Assembly: GCA_977017645.1 (NCBI GenBank)
Contig: OZ360242.1
Span: forward strand, 28,582,001 to 28,646,000
Direction: 5' to 3'
Length of the DNA: 64,000 nucleotides
Source: Torpedo marmorata
Taxonomy: Eukaryota
The notes under the pieces are model-generated. The model saw only the letters and a list, made by a program, of their open reading frames with translations. It did not search any database and was not told the origin of the DNA. Positions 26,001 to 41,000 of the stretch are shown here, one piece after another (position 1 is the first letter of the stretch; every line of letters starts with the position of its first letter). The position numbers and the translations under genes are program-made.

Positions 26001-29000
26001 ACTGTCGCCGGTGCTCTCTCAGAGAAGTACACAGGCACAGGGATGAAAAAAATAAATTCAACTGAAGGGGGATGAACATCAGCAAATAGAAGTAGAAAAA
26101 AGGTACACAGTGCACAAAGATGTGAGATTGTTAGATAATATTAGGGAATGAATGAACACTATTATATATTAGTAGTTCTGGAAGGAATACAGAGGCAAGT
26201 TTCGAGTACATGTACATAAGATTTGTGAACTGTCCACATGTGAACTGCAAAGGCATTTCAGAGAGCAGCTGACAGTCAACCACATCCATGGTTCTGGAGT
26301 CAAATGAAGGCCTGGTTGGCAAGTGCAGAAAATTTTCTTCCCCAAAAGTCATTCGTGGACTAAATGAGTGTTTATGGCAAGCAGCCAATTCATGGTCACC
26401 ATTACAACCGATTGCATGTTTATATTTCTCATTTATTTAATCAAATGAATTATCAAAGCATCTGAATTTACATCTCAGGATTATTAATTCTTATCAAACC
26501 AGCAATACATCATTACCCAAGTCTAACCCATAATGTTGATTATTTAGCACAGAATGAAATTAATTTCATACTTGCGGTATTGTTGGATATTCCTCGTAAT
26601 CGGAGCTGACTAATAAATATCAAGACTTCCCCAGGAGGTCTCAATCTTTTGATTTTCTTGATAAATCTTGGCAGAGCTTCATAAAGGGTAGGCTGTATGG
26701 GGTAAATTGGAAAAGGTAGAGATTGCCATCAAATTTCTAACTGAACATATATCCTGAAATGCCAGGAAGAGGATCATAAAACATTTATTCATTAATGAAA
26801 ACACTTAGCACGTCATTATCAATTCCTCCCATCAAAAATCCAAAACCAATGTCATCTGCAAGTGACAAACATGTTGGAACAAAAGGAATACAATGACTGG
26901 TAAAAGTAATGCAGCATTTCTCCATCCCAACTTGGGAATGTATCAATTTGGGTTTCACCAAATCATACTGACACAGAACATAGAACACAGAAACAGGCTA
27001 CAGCCAGTAGAGTGGGAGTGTGCAGCCTCAGTCAGAGGCTGAGCAGGGTGCTGGGACCAGACCAAAGTTGTGGAACCAGGGGTGGAGTGAAGAATGAGAT
27101 GGTTGGGAAACGGGGTGCTCATATTGTGGTAACAGAGGAGAAGGAGCAGAGGTGGCAGTCGAACCAGGGAAATAACAACGATTACAATGTCTCAAATTCA
27201 GCTACTTCAATCAACTTCCATTCTAGTAAACTATACCTTGTTTATTTGATTCCATGTGTGAGTCAACGCCAAAGGAAGATTTCCAAGGGTTTGTATTGTA
27301 GATGATGACCACGATGAAGGAAAACTACAGACAGAGAAGAATGTCTCTGAGTTAGTAATGCACTGCAATAAACTGTATCAATTTTATTCAAGGTTTTTCA
27401 TACCTGAGGTTCAATCAGAACAGTGAAAATTAAACTGTAAAATTTAACTTCCAAAGTCAAAAACACAAAAGATAGGTCGCTGTCAAAATGATTCCCAATT
27501 GGACTTTTGAAGGAAGATAGCAAAATGAAGAAAAGCCCTCTTCACTTTTAGTGTAACTCCCCTATTTCAGAATATGTACCATTGGAACAAACAATAGAAT
27601 GCCAAGGAATATTCGATACTGAGAAAGAAAATAACCAAGGGAAGACGAGAACCGCAGATCCAGTAATCCTGATCAAAATAACCTCTATCATATCATCTCC
27701 AATACACAAGGAAGGGATGTTCCATGCACAAGAATGGCTTGGGCTAACATACATTAATCCCAGACCTTCGTTAAAAGGTGCCATATTTCAGGAATAAGAG
27801 TGCTGTTGTTTAAAGGCACCTGCTTCCGTGGCAGTTAAATAGTTTGTTGTGCAGACAAAGTGCACATTCTCCAAAGAGAGTGCCCAGCAATACAAGTTGT
27901 CATGAGATATGAAATTCAGACATTCTGGTGTGATCTGTTTTGTAATTTGTGAACATTTCACACTCACCCATATTTGCTGGCTCCACTTTGAAGGCGATTT
28001 TCAATTGCACGTTTCTGATCATCTCGATACGTGACACATTTCTTTAATTCATCCAGAACAGATATATCAGATCCCATTATTGTGGATCCATCAAGGTCAC
28101 AGACCAATCCACCTAGTACTGTCAAGCTCTCCTTTGTCAGGTTCTTGTTGTTGGTAACTCCCTGAATTGTTATGAAAAGAGCAACATTAATTCTGCAGTA
28201 CGTATATCATCATGCACAAATTAAACTCTGTTCATCATTCCTACTTTAAGACCACCCTCATTGTGTGGATGAACATTGCTACAATTTATCGGCACATCGA
28301 GAACATGGAAGAATATCAGCTGGTTTTGAATTCCACCTCAAATTCCCAACGCAGCTTCAGCTCAGCGGGACTACAACTTTTATCACACTGATTAACAACG
28401 TTTAAAACTTCTCCTGACTTTAGGTGTCATAGTTACATATTCGTTAGAAATTTAAATTGTGTGATCAGCTGTATGAACTCAGGTTTTTCACTCTATTCAG
28501 TGTGTCCAAGATGTCAGTTTCATCAACCCCGAGTTTACTCTTAATACTTACCAAACACGTTTTGGCATCTTTCAGAATATTTTGTTCTCTTGCTGAGACT
28601 TTTCTTAAAATATTTATATTTGATTTCCCGACTAATTTGAAGAATTCCCGACAGTTGGATAAAGTCCTGAAGTATTGATAACTATAAAGTGAAACAGAAA
28701 ATATACACAGGTTATATTGACGATATGAAGTTATTTGTACTTTTCCCAACCCTAATTAATATGCTTTAATCTCCACTCCACTCTGTCCCTCTCAAAAGAC
28801 TCCCTTGCTATTCTCAATTTATTGCCGCACGAAAGAAAATGTACAGTAAAACCCCTGGTATCTGGCACCTATGGGGATTGGTAGATGCCAGATAAGTGAA
28901 TTTTCTGGTTGCTTGAGGTTGCGTGTTTCATCATGAGCGAACTAACCACTAGGGGCGCCAATTTTAAACTTCCATATTTTTACGTATTTATTTTCCGTGA

Positions 29001-32000
29001 TTGTTTTGCCAGTTGCTTGAGGATGCCGGTTGATTGAATTCCTGATAACTGGGGTTTTAATGTACATATTCCTGAAGTGAGACATAATTCAGGTCACTTT
29101 GTGACTCGGAGGAAATTGAACTAGCATTTCTTGGCACGAGGTATAATTTTTGTGTGTCGGATGCACAGGAAGTGACATTATTCCCTGACTGGACCAATGC
29201 CCTGGGCATTGATTCAGTCTTGTTGGCACGGCAGACCTATGATCATGCAGCACATCTAACGTGGTGCACGACAATTTCTGTGTCCTACTTCCCAGATGAA
29301 ATGTAGTGTGGGATCCCTGAGTTTGCCATTCCCTGCTCCCCCATCGCCCTTGGGCACTGTGGAAAACTGCCACATTCAGGAGTAAGCAAATGCTTTTGGT
29401 CAACATGCTCAGGTTATATCCCTATGGAAGTTACTACTTCAAGTACTTTAGGTTACTGCAGATTTGAAAACGTATCAATGGTCTATTCAACAAAATAAAT
29501 GGAAAATTCCAAAGAAAATGTAACATACTTGAATAGCAGAACATCCCTGGGTAAGTCGTCCAAGTTGATTTCAGTTCTATTAGAAGAGAGTCTACCAGAC
29601 AGACACTCAAGCTAAAAATAAAACAGAACATAATGTCACATTGGGAAGAGAAGCAAAGACAAATTGATCTCCCTGTTATTTTCCTCACAATGTCCAGCTA
29701 TTTTTTGATGCAAGAGAAGGTTAACTGTGGAGCTTCTTCAAGACGCTGAGCACCAGGACAGGGACAATTTGTCCAACTTAAAAAATGCAACATTTAGCAT
29801 GAATCAACTTCATTAAGAATACATATTATTCACATTTCGGTTGTTGGGAAATGAGTATGTCTCCGTGAAAGCCTTTGGTGCTCACAGCTCAGCTCAATTC
29901 TTAGGTCACACATGATTGTCCTTTCATTGGAATTTATTGACAAAGTAAACAGCTTTGAATTTGTATTCAAACCAGTCCATCAATGACACTGAATGGCTAC
30001 GATTTCAAACTTTCATTTCTGTGGATGTTCTCACCTGACTTTCATCCAGTGCAACCTCTTTAACCTTCAATGCTTGAACAAGCTTCAGAAATGTCGGGAA
30101 ACTTAGGGTTTTCGTTGCACCACAAGTAAAGCCTTGCAGGACAGAGGGTGAAAATCTGGAACAAGTCATGGCATTATTAATTTCTAAACCGCACAGTATT
30201 TCCAGAACTTTTAAACCTATCATCGCAAACTCCATCCACATCACTGCATCTCTAGCACACATCTAACGATTGTCTGAATTGCGCCATGATTATTTTATTT
30301 CTATGAACGAGCAACAATCATGAGGGACTGAACTGTTGAATAAGCCCTACCCATGATGTTTCTTTTATTGCAATAAAGAAACTTGGGTTCTTTTAAAACT
30401 ATACTTTATTAGCTATAGAACATGACCATGTGGAGGCATCCATCTTGAATCCAACCCAAGCTGCAAACAAATTAGTCTCCGACTCCCTCTAGTGGTCAGG
30501 AGTCTCACTAACACTCTATCACAACATCCCCTTTCCTTGAGATGTTTAATCTAACAACATGACACACTAATACAGTGTTCATTTCAATTTAAAGTTCAAC
30601 ACAAACATAAACACAACATCAGCAGCACAAACTTTTTAAGTGTGCAGTTCTTTTTCTTTTAGAGATTCAGTCTGTCAGGTGCTTTGATAACACATGTGGA
30701 TCTTCTTAACACAGGTGCTTGTGACGGCTCTGCTGGTCCACTACTGTCTAGCACTGGTGGTGTTTCCTCTGTTGCTGTGCAGGCTGGATCTTCTGCATTT
30801 GTCTGTTCCTGCAGTGTCTCTTGCGTTTTCAGACACTTTTGTTTCGGTTTGATATCTTCGACATCTCTGTTCTTGTTTGGGTCTGTAGAGTAGGCAAGTG
30901 TGGTGTGTAGTCTACGTCCCATCAGAAGCTCAGCGGGTTACATGCCATGTTCAAGTGGCGAAGGTCTGTTACTCAATAGAGCTAGATACGGATCTGAGCC
31001 ACTGTCTTGTGCTTTCTAGAGCAACTGTTTAACTATGTGAACTCCTTTCTCTGCTTTACCGTTTGACTGTGGATGCAGAGGACTTGACGTTACATGTCAA
31101 AAATCATACTCTTCTGCAAAGTTCTGGAATTCTCTACAGCTGTAGCATGGTCCATTGTCACTGTAGACAATTTGAGGAATTCCATATCTTGCAAAGATTG
31201 ATTTCATATATTTGATCACACAAGCAGCAGACATATTAGGAAGCAGCGCAATCTTTGGATAGTTCAATAGATAATCAATAACCAGCAAGTAATTATTTCC
31301 ATCCATGTGGAACAGATCAGTCCCAACTTTCTGCCACGGTTCTGCTGGTAAGTCAGTTATGATCATGGGTTCCTTTGTCTGCTTTGCGTGATGTTTCAAA
31401 CAGGCCTCACAGCTTGAAACCATCCTGTCAATGTCAGCATTTATCCCTGGCCAATAAACAGCAGTTCTGGCCCTCCTTTTGCATTTTTCCATTCCAAGGT
31501 GCCCCTCATGCACCCTTTTCAGCATCCCTTGTCACAGTGATTGAGGAATGATAATTCTGCTCTGTCTGAGTAGAAGCCCATTGACAACACTCAGCTCAGC
31601 TCTGATATTGTAGTATGGCTGACATTCACCTCTAGACCATCCTTCATTCAGATTCTTGATGACCTTCTGTAGAACTGTGTCCTTTTCTGTTTCAGCTGCA
31701 ATCTGCTTGGATTTCATGTCAGATACAGGAAGAGATTCAGTGATCAGATTCACGTGGAGATTCATATCTGTCTCTGTGGAACTCTTATTGTGTGCTTCAT
31801 TCTGCGTCGTTGCCCTGGATAATGCATCAGCTAACACAATAGTTTTCCCTGCTGTGTACACCCTCTTGACTAGGCTAAAGTTTTCACATGCTTTGTCACC
31901 CAGCAGTGATTCAAGTCTATCTAGGACTACTGTGAACCTGAGGTGGTGCTCTTTATCTTTAACTTTCACTTTGAATTTACATGTACCTTTCGTGTCGATG

Positions 32001-35000
32001 CTCTGTCCATTGTAGGCTTTGAGCTGTACAGGATTTGCATGGATGTATGGCTTTATCTTCATTGCCCTGATGTCGTGCTCACAGATCAAATTGACCTTTG
32101 CCCCTGTGTCCAGCTTGAAAGAAATATTTGTTCCATTTGTATGTAATGACACAGTCCACTTGTCCTGCTCGACTCTGTTTATGCTTGGCTGTTCAGTGTC
32201 TGTTTGGTTTATAATCTTCCTGCACTACCATGCCAATGAAAAGTGTATCACTGAGGGCAGTTTCTTCTATTGTGTGTACAGTGTGCAAGCTTTCACTTCT
32301 GTGTTATTTCCTTTTGGAAAAACATTGCTTTGCATAATGATTCTGCCCTTTGCACTTATTACAGACTTTTCCATAGGCTGAGCATGGTTTTGGTGCATGT
32401 TGAGTGCCACATCGTTTACAATTGAATGTCTCTCCACCTTTTGGTTGTTTCCTATATTTCATTTTTTTGCTTGTGTGTGTGAACACACACTGTGGCTACG
32501 GCTCTGCCTTAGTTTTCACTGGCTTTTGCACTCTCACCGAACCTTTTCGCGTGCTGCAGAGCTTATTCACTGGCGTGGCATATCTTCACAGCTCCTGCTA
32601 AGGTAAGCTATGTCTCTCGCAGCAACCTCACTCTCACTTTCTTATCAATAATCCCGAACACAATTTGACCACGGATCATTGAATCTTGCAGCGATCCAAA
32701 ATTGCACGTTCTTGCTTTTAATTTCAAGTTCGTTAAAAAAGTATCAAAGCTCTCTCGCTGCAGCTGCGTGCACGAGCGAACACGTACCCCTCGAACGTTT
32801 CAATTTTCTTTGGTGAACAGTGTTCATCAAACATCTCTATAACCTTGTCGAACTTGCCCTGGTCTTCTGCCTCGGCAAAAACAAATGTATTGAAAACTTC
32901 TAGTGCTTGAGGTCCCGCCACGGTAAGTAGTAGTGCAATCTTCCGTGCATCAGGTTTGCTATCGAGTCCAATGGCTTGCAGGTTCAGCATGAATCTTTGT
33001 TTGAACAGCCTCCACTCGTGGTTGACATTTCCAGTTCAATTTACAACATCAGGAGCCTTCACACTTTCCCTTTCTGCTGATATCGACTGATCCTCACTCT
33101 GCACACTCCTGGTGTTTCTTCCACTCCTGGTACCATGTGATGTTTCTTTTATTGTAATAAAGAAACTTGGGTTCTTTTAAAATAACTATACTTTATTAGC
33201 TAAAGAACATGATCGTGTGGAGGCATCCATCTTGAATCCAACCCAAGCTGCAAACAAACTAGTCTCCGACACCCTCTTGTGGTCAGGAGTATCACTAGCA
33301 CTCTATCATGACACGACTGCTCAACTTGACATGAATGGTCTCTTGGTCCAATCCGTTCAATAATTTAATTATTTCAGTTAATGCTGCATTCTGATGCAGC
33401 TTACTCTCACTTAAATCTCGTTCATTTGTATGGTTTAAAGATTGATTTTTCAGCATGCAACAGGAAAGAACAGGAAGGTTAGGATTTTATGTGTTGCAGG
33501 AGAGAGGCTGATAAACTGGAAAATCGACATTCAGAGAAAATTAGAGAATAAAAATAAAAAACAAAAATCTGGCAATACTCAGCAGGCCATGCAACATCAG
33601 TGGTGAGAGAAAGAGAGTTCAGATTTTAGGTCGACATCTTTAATTATGCTCTGGACTAAATATTCAGTTTGGGGGCAAACATGAAAGTCTGCAGACACTG
33701 TTTCTTGAAAAGAGTTCAGGCCCGAAATGTCAGTGATATATCTTTACCTCCTGTGGATGCTGCGAGACCTGCTGAGTTTCTCCAGAATTTCTGTGCTTTT
33801 AAACATTGGTAACTCAATAAAAGTCAACAAGAGCCCTCCTTCACAGCCGATTAAATAATAATGTAAACTGACCACTATAAAAAAATCACTGAAATAAATG
33901 TGCCCGCTTTAGAAACTCTGCATGAAAGCTCAAGCTAAAGTGGATGTCACGAACCATGACATCAACAGAGAGTCAAAAGATAACAAACGAAAAAAAGGCA
34001 GAAATTAAAAGAGCATTGCTCACGTCTCAAAATTGGTGCTTCTGATCACATTTGGAAAGAACACGGCAGACTGTGGAACAAAACCAATAACATTGTTAAC
34101 TGATGCAACAGGGTTATAAAATATTTATACACGAATAACACACAAATGGGATGACATTCCTGACATCACTAAAATAATAAGCAAAAAATGGAGGAAATCA
34201 GCAGGTCAGACAGCATCCTCGAGTAGCTATAGTCAGTCAAAGTTTCGAGTGGAAACCCTTTATCAAGATTTTATAAAGGGTTTCAAATCGATGGACCATT
34301 TCTCCTCGTGGATGCTGTCTGACCTGCTGAGTGCCTCCAGCACTTCTTTGTGCAAGATTCCAGCACCTACAGCTTTGGTGTTTCTCTACTGCAAAATTAA
34401 TGCACATTTGCCAACAACATGGGGTAGGGTGGGTTTAATACTTTTTTTTAGGAAGTAATATATGGGTCGGCACAACATCGAGGGCCGAAGGGCCTGCACT
34501 GTGCTGTACTATTCTATGTTCCAACAGCTGATTTTCTTTACAGACATGGTCAGTGCTTGTAAACAACAGGGTAATTTACCTGACTAGGCGTCCACTCTTT
34601 ATTGTTTACATCATTGAGGCTCAGGTTGGAATTTAACAGCACAGGTGGAACCTCCGAGGCAAGAACAGATGGAATGTTCTTTACTGTTGCCACTGGGTTG
34701 TTAACATTCCTCAACACCTGATTTACAATGAAACAGAACATGATTTAATGGAAGATGAAAATAAGAATATGATAGCATTAACTTTGAAAATATAAATAGA
34801 GAGCAGGAAACCACTGACATATTACAACACTCACCTGAAGAACACAGATCGCTCGTATAGATCGTGGTGCTTGTCCAATGTTCTGAACAAATCTTACATT
34901 TGAGATTACATTAATGAATATCTCAGGATTAATACTTCGGAACACGTCACTGGGAATACCGGACACCAGGGTTCCCACACCCAACAAACCATTTGTGTTA

Positions 35001-38000
35001 TTCACCTTGTTGTGAAGGGAAAGACAAATGAAGAGTTAATTTGCAAGCGGTGTTGTATAACAATATGATTTCCTCCTCATTTCACATGGCAGAGAATTGT
35101 TAGTGAGACAAAAGTGAAAATATTTCTTGTTACTCCAGTTGGTTTCACCTTTCTACATTTGGCTTCAAGATCAATTATACTGCATAAAAAAACAGTTTCA
35201 CAAGGACCATTTCACAGTGGGGAGGTTCATTGGAATTTGTGAATTAGGAAAATGATAGAAATGGTAGAAGAAATATCCTGAAACACTCAAAAGATCTTCA
35301 ATTGACAAAATTCAGCAGATTAAGCAGTTTTGTGGGGGCAAAAGAATGGTTGTCCATCAGAAGTGAGACTGGAGAGAGAGGACAACCAGAATAAAGTAAT
35401 GTAGGAGGTAGGCTGGTAGCTGATAGGTGGAACCAGGTGAGAGGGGGATGAGGCGCAGTCAAACCAGATGACCCCATTGGTATGTGGGTTGATGGGCAGA
35501 TGGAACCAGATGAGAGACCCAGGGAGCAACACCGGTCCCGAACGCTGGCGCTGTAACAGAGTTGCGCTAACCACTACGCAAACCGTGCTGCCCAGTTCCA
35601 GAGACTCTAGAGATAATACTATCACTAACTTTATTCACCCGTTGATAATTTTTTTATTACTGATTGGTTCATTGCTTACCTGGTAACCGCTTCTCAGTAA
35701 CTTGTCTACTATGGAATTAGCCTGACCAACATTCCAGCCTTCGACGTTGCCCAGGCTTGGCAGGGCTTGCTCCAGAGTGTTCCCATCAATATTGTCAACC
35801 TGTGACGATGATAGTCCGACGGCAGTTTGGCCCAAACTATTCAAAGTGCTGACTGAAAAGTTGTCGATTTTGCCCACTAAAACTATCGCCAGCTGAAAGA
35901 ACCACAAAGGTACATTATGACTTCTATCTTTTCAGGAGAACAGCTATCTTTCCAAGAGAAGACTTCACATGAACTCAACATGAATATATTTTACCTTGAG
36001 TTGTTCATCTGTTGGCTGCTCGGGAGGTAATGCACCATCAGTAGATGTGTTGGTTGTCACATTAAGCCCACATACATTATTTATCCTTCCAATTAAAGCC
36101 AACGTTTGCTGTGCAGTCAAGTTCTGAAGTAGATTAGTATTGGCAATGAAGCACAGCAGAGAGTTTGGCACACTGTAAAAGAATGCCAGTCAGGGTTAGC
36201 ATCAGCATATCTTCCACTAATCCAGCCCTCCACACCCTACAGCTCTCGGAAGGATTGTTACCAATATCGCCAATAAAGATTTTCTTCAAAGATCGGCAAA
36301 TTAAATATTTATGAGGAACATATGTGGTGGCACAACCCAAATATCATTGGATTAAATGGTATCAGTTGACGTAAAATTTGATGCACAATTTCCCCCACAA
36401 TATTAAATTCTTCAATTCTGAGAATATTTTCTTTTTTTTCAAAATCCATAAAGATGGGGCGGCACGGTTAGCGTAGTGATTAGCGCAACTCTGTTACAGC
36501 GTCAGCGATCGGGACCGGTGTTCGAATCCCGCGCTGTCTCTAAGGAGTTTGTACGTTCTCCACGTGTCTGCGTGGGTTTCCTCTGGGGGCTCCAGTTTCC
36601 TCCCACTGTTGCAAAAGTACCCGGGCTTGTAGTTTAATTGTGTGTAATTGGACACCACGGGCCCATGGGCCAAAATGGCCTGATACCGTGCTGTATGTCT
36701 AAAAAAAAACTAAGGAAGTTGTGTCATGAGGATCTACACTTCTGAATATCTAGTCTGTCATCCAAGACATTATTCATTGTATTCATGGATTTTCAAATCT
36801 TTGTTGGTTTATTGTTACAGTCTCCGCATCTTGGTCATCTTTTATTCATTGCCACCAATCAAATTAAGCAAAAACTTCACTAAATTGATTTATTTTTACT
36901 TATTATCATTATCAGAATTTATTGTCATGAACAAGTCATGAAATTCGGTGTTTTGCGGCAGCATCATAGTGCAAACATTCATATTATAACCATCTTACGA
37001 CATTACTATAAAAAAAGTATAAATAATAGTGCACGAAAAGTAAGGCAGTGTCTTTGGTTCATTGATTATTCAGGAATCTGAAGGCAGTGGGGAAGAAGCT
37101 GTCGTTATGCCGTTGAGTGCTCGCTTTAGGCTCCTGTACCTTTTTCCCGATGGCAGCAGAGTGAAGAGGGCATGGCCTGCGTGGTGGGGGTCTTTGAGGA
37201 CAGAGGCTGCTTTTTTAAGACACTGCCTCGTGTAGATGTCCTCGATGGAGTGAAGTCTGGTGCCTGTGACGTCACAGGCTGAGTTAACAACCCTCTGGAG
37301 TTTATTCTTGTCCTGAGAGTTGGCGCCTCCATACCAGGCAGTGATGCAGCCAGCCAGAATGCTCTCCATGGTACACCTGTAGAGGTTTACGACAGTCTTC
37401 GGTGACACACTGAATCTCCTCAGACACCTCACAAAGTATAGCCGCTGACGAGCCTTCTTTGTGATTGCATCAACGTGAAGGCTCCAGGACAGATCCTCGG
37501 AGATGTTGACACCCAGGAATTTGAAGTTCTTGACCCTCTCCACTACTGAGCCCTCGATGAGGACTGGGTCATGTTCCCCTGACTTCCTCCTGAAGTCCAC
37601 AATCATCTCCATGGTTTTGCTGACATTGCGCGCAAGGTTGTTGTCGTTACACCATTCAACGAGCTGATCTACCTCCCTCCTGTACGCTTCCTCATTGCCG
37701 TTTGTGATTCTGCCAACAACTGTGGTGTCATCGGCAAACTTGTGGATGGCATTGGAATTATGCCTGGCCACACAGTCATGGGTGTATAACGAGTAGAGCA
37801 GTGGACTAAGCACGCATCCTTGGGGTGCGCCTGTGTTGATAATCAGTGAGGAGGAGACGTTGTTTCCAATTCGTACTGACTGTGGTCTTCCGATGAGAAA
37901 GTCAAGGATCCAGTTGCAGAGGGGGGTACAGAAGCCTAGAGTTTGTAGATTCTTGACCAGCACTGAGGGAATAATGGTATTGAAGGCCAAGCTGTAGTCG

Positions 38001-41000
38001 ATGAAGAGCAGCCGTATGTATGAATTGCTATTTTCGAGGTGATCCAGAGCTGAGTGGAGAGCCAGCAATATTGTATCTGCTGAGGAGCGATTGTGACGAT
38101 AGGCAAATTGCAGTGGTTCCAGATCTTTGCTTCGGTACGTGTTAATTCTGGCAATGGCCAGCCTCTCAAAGCATTTCATCGCAGTAGAAGTTAGTGCTAC
38201 TGGGCGGTAGTCGTTGAGGCAGCTCATACTACTATCTAGAATCTAGTGTTTCTGCTGAATAACGTGCTTCTGAAATAAATGCGATCAATCAAATTCTACT
38301 GCCACAATGTAACACTCACATCATCCAAAAGAAAATCTCTCCAAATTCTACTCCCAAAATATCTACATTATTGAAACCTACAAATTATATCAATCAAATG
38401 CTACCAAATGAATCAAATTCGATATATATATATTTTTTAAATTTAGACATTCAGCACGGTAACAGGCCATTTCTGCCCACGAGCCCGTGCCGCCCAATTA
38501 CACACAATTAACCTACAACCCCCAGTACATTTCGAAAAGTGGGAGGAAAAAAAGCCCCCGGGGAAAACCCACGCAGACACGGGGAGAACGTACCAACTCC
38601 TTACAGATAGCGCGGGATTCGAACCCTGGCCCCGATCGCTGGCTTGTAACAGTGTTGCGCTAACAGCTACGCTAACCGTGCCACCCCTGGAAGATCATTA
38701 GACAGAATCTAATCGTGTTCGACTGCAAAATTTCATCTAATCAATTTCCACGCATGATAAAGTGTTACAACTTAGCTGTAAACGTGAATCCATCAAGTTC
38801 CCTACCCCTCTTCAATGGAAAACATGATGCACCCTTGCCTTTGAACATCCTGGACTTTGGATATCCTGCTCGAGCCCCTGCATCATTTGATTACATCCAT
38901 AGTACAATACATGTCACAATATCACAAGATATAAAAGCAGAAGTAGGCCAATCGGCCCGTCAGGTCTGCTCTGCCATTTAATCATGAGCTGATCCTTATC
39001 TCTCAGCTCCACTCCCTGGCCTTCTCCCCGTAATTCTTGATGCCCTGACTAATTAAATACCTGTCAATTTCTGTCTTAAATACACCCAACGAACTCCCTT
39101 CCTCTGCCGCCTGTGGCAACAGGTTCCACAGACTCATGACCCTCTGCCTAAGAAATTTCTCGCCATTTCTGTTTTAAATTGACACCCTTTTAAATTGTGG
39201 CCTCTTGTCCTAGACTCCCCTACCATGGGAAACAACTTTGTCACATCTACTCTGTCCAGGCCTTTCAGCATTCAAAATGTCTCTATGAGATCCCCTCATC
39301 CTTCTGTACTCCAACGAGTGCAGTCCAAGAGCCGATAAAACATTCCTCCTACGCTAACCCTTTCATTCCTGATATCTTTCTTGTAAATCTTCTCTGAACC
39401 CTCTCCAATGCTAGCACATCCTTTCCCAAATAAGGCGCACAAAACTGTACACAGTACTCCAAGTGAGGTCTCACCAGTGCCCTATAGAGTCTCATCATTA
39501 CATCCCTGCTCTTGTATGCTATTCCTCTAGAAACGAATGCCAACATTGCATTCGCTTTCTTCACTGCCGACACAACCTGGAGGTTAACTTTTAGGGTATC
39601 CTGCATGAGAACTCCCAAATACCTCCGAATTTGGAATTTTCTCCTCATCTGAATAATAGCCAGCCCTTCTATTACGTGTACCAAAGTGTATGACTGTACA
39701 CTTCCCAACATTGTATTTCATCTGCCATCTCTTTGACCATTCTCCTAATCTATCCAAGTCTCTCTGCATCCTTTCCGTGTCCTCAGCACCACCATCTCTA
39801 CCACCTATTTTGGTGTCATCTGCAAACTTAGCCACAAAGCTATCTATTCCATTATCCAAATCATTTGTACAGAATGCAAAAAGAAGTGGCCCCAACACTG
39901 ACCCCTGTGGAATACCACTAGTAACAGGCAACCAACCCGAATAGGATCCCCTTATTCCCACTCTGTTTCCTGCCTATTACCCAATGCTCTACCCATGCTA
40001 GTATCTGTCCTGTAATTCCATGAGCTCTTATCTTGTTAAGCAGCCTCATATGTGGCACCTTGTCGAAGGCCTTCTGAAAGTCCAAGTACACAATATCCAC
40101 TGCTTCTCCCCTGTCTATCCTGTTTGTTTTCTCCTCAAAGATTTGTAGTAGGTTTGTCAGACATGATTTTCCTTTAAGGAATCCATGCTGATTTGAACCT
40201 ATCTTGTGATGCTCCTCGAGGTACACCGTAACCTCATCTTTGACAATTGATGCCAACATCTTCTCAACCACCGACGTCAGACTAATAGGTCTATAGTTTC
40301 CTTTCTGCTGCCTCCTTCCCAAACAGCGGAGTGATATTCGCGATTCTCCAGTCCTCTGGAACCATGCCAGAATCCATTGATTCCTGGAAGATCATTACCA
40401 ATGCCTCCACAATCTCTGCAGCAACCTCCTTCAGAACTCGAGGGTGCATTCCATCCGGTCCGGGAGACCTATCTATCCTTAGACCATTTAGCTTCCCAAG
40501 TACCTTCTCTCTCGTGATCTTGACAGCACTCACTTCACTTCCCAGAAACCCTTGAGAGTCCGGTGAGCTACTAATGTCTTCTACTGTGAAGACTGATCCA
40601 AAATATTCATTCAGTTCATCTACCATCTCCTTGACTCCCATTACAATCTCTCCATTTTCTAATGGTCCTATGTCTACTCTTGTCTTTCTTTTGCTCTTTA
40701 TATACTTAAAAAAGCTTTTATACTACAATTCCCTGAAGTCACATTGTACCCGAAAGTTACTAATGTTTGAAAATACACAAAATGTTTACACATACAAAAT
40801 GTGGACACATACCTTGAAGCATTAAAATTTGGATTGTTTTTAACCAGTAGGTTAATATAGGCTGTTGAGACTTCATCCATTAATGTCACGTTTTTTAGAA
40901 GTTCCAGGGTTTCTGGATTTGCTGCAAACTCTTGAAGCTATTGAGAGGTTGAGAGAAATTAGAAATATTTACCTCACGTGGTTTGTGAAATGAAATTTAA

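Noticed and set aside
27680-27743. Candidate exon [14 protein letters not shown] after B26
   Set aside because: 27237-27324 matches the mesothelin PSTWS motif with better splice sites and closes the phase.
30347-33318. Target-site duplication for Gypsy 1
   Set aside because: Flanks ctacc and cgact match at only 3 of 5 positions and the LTR terminus is mutated.
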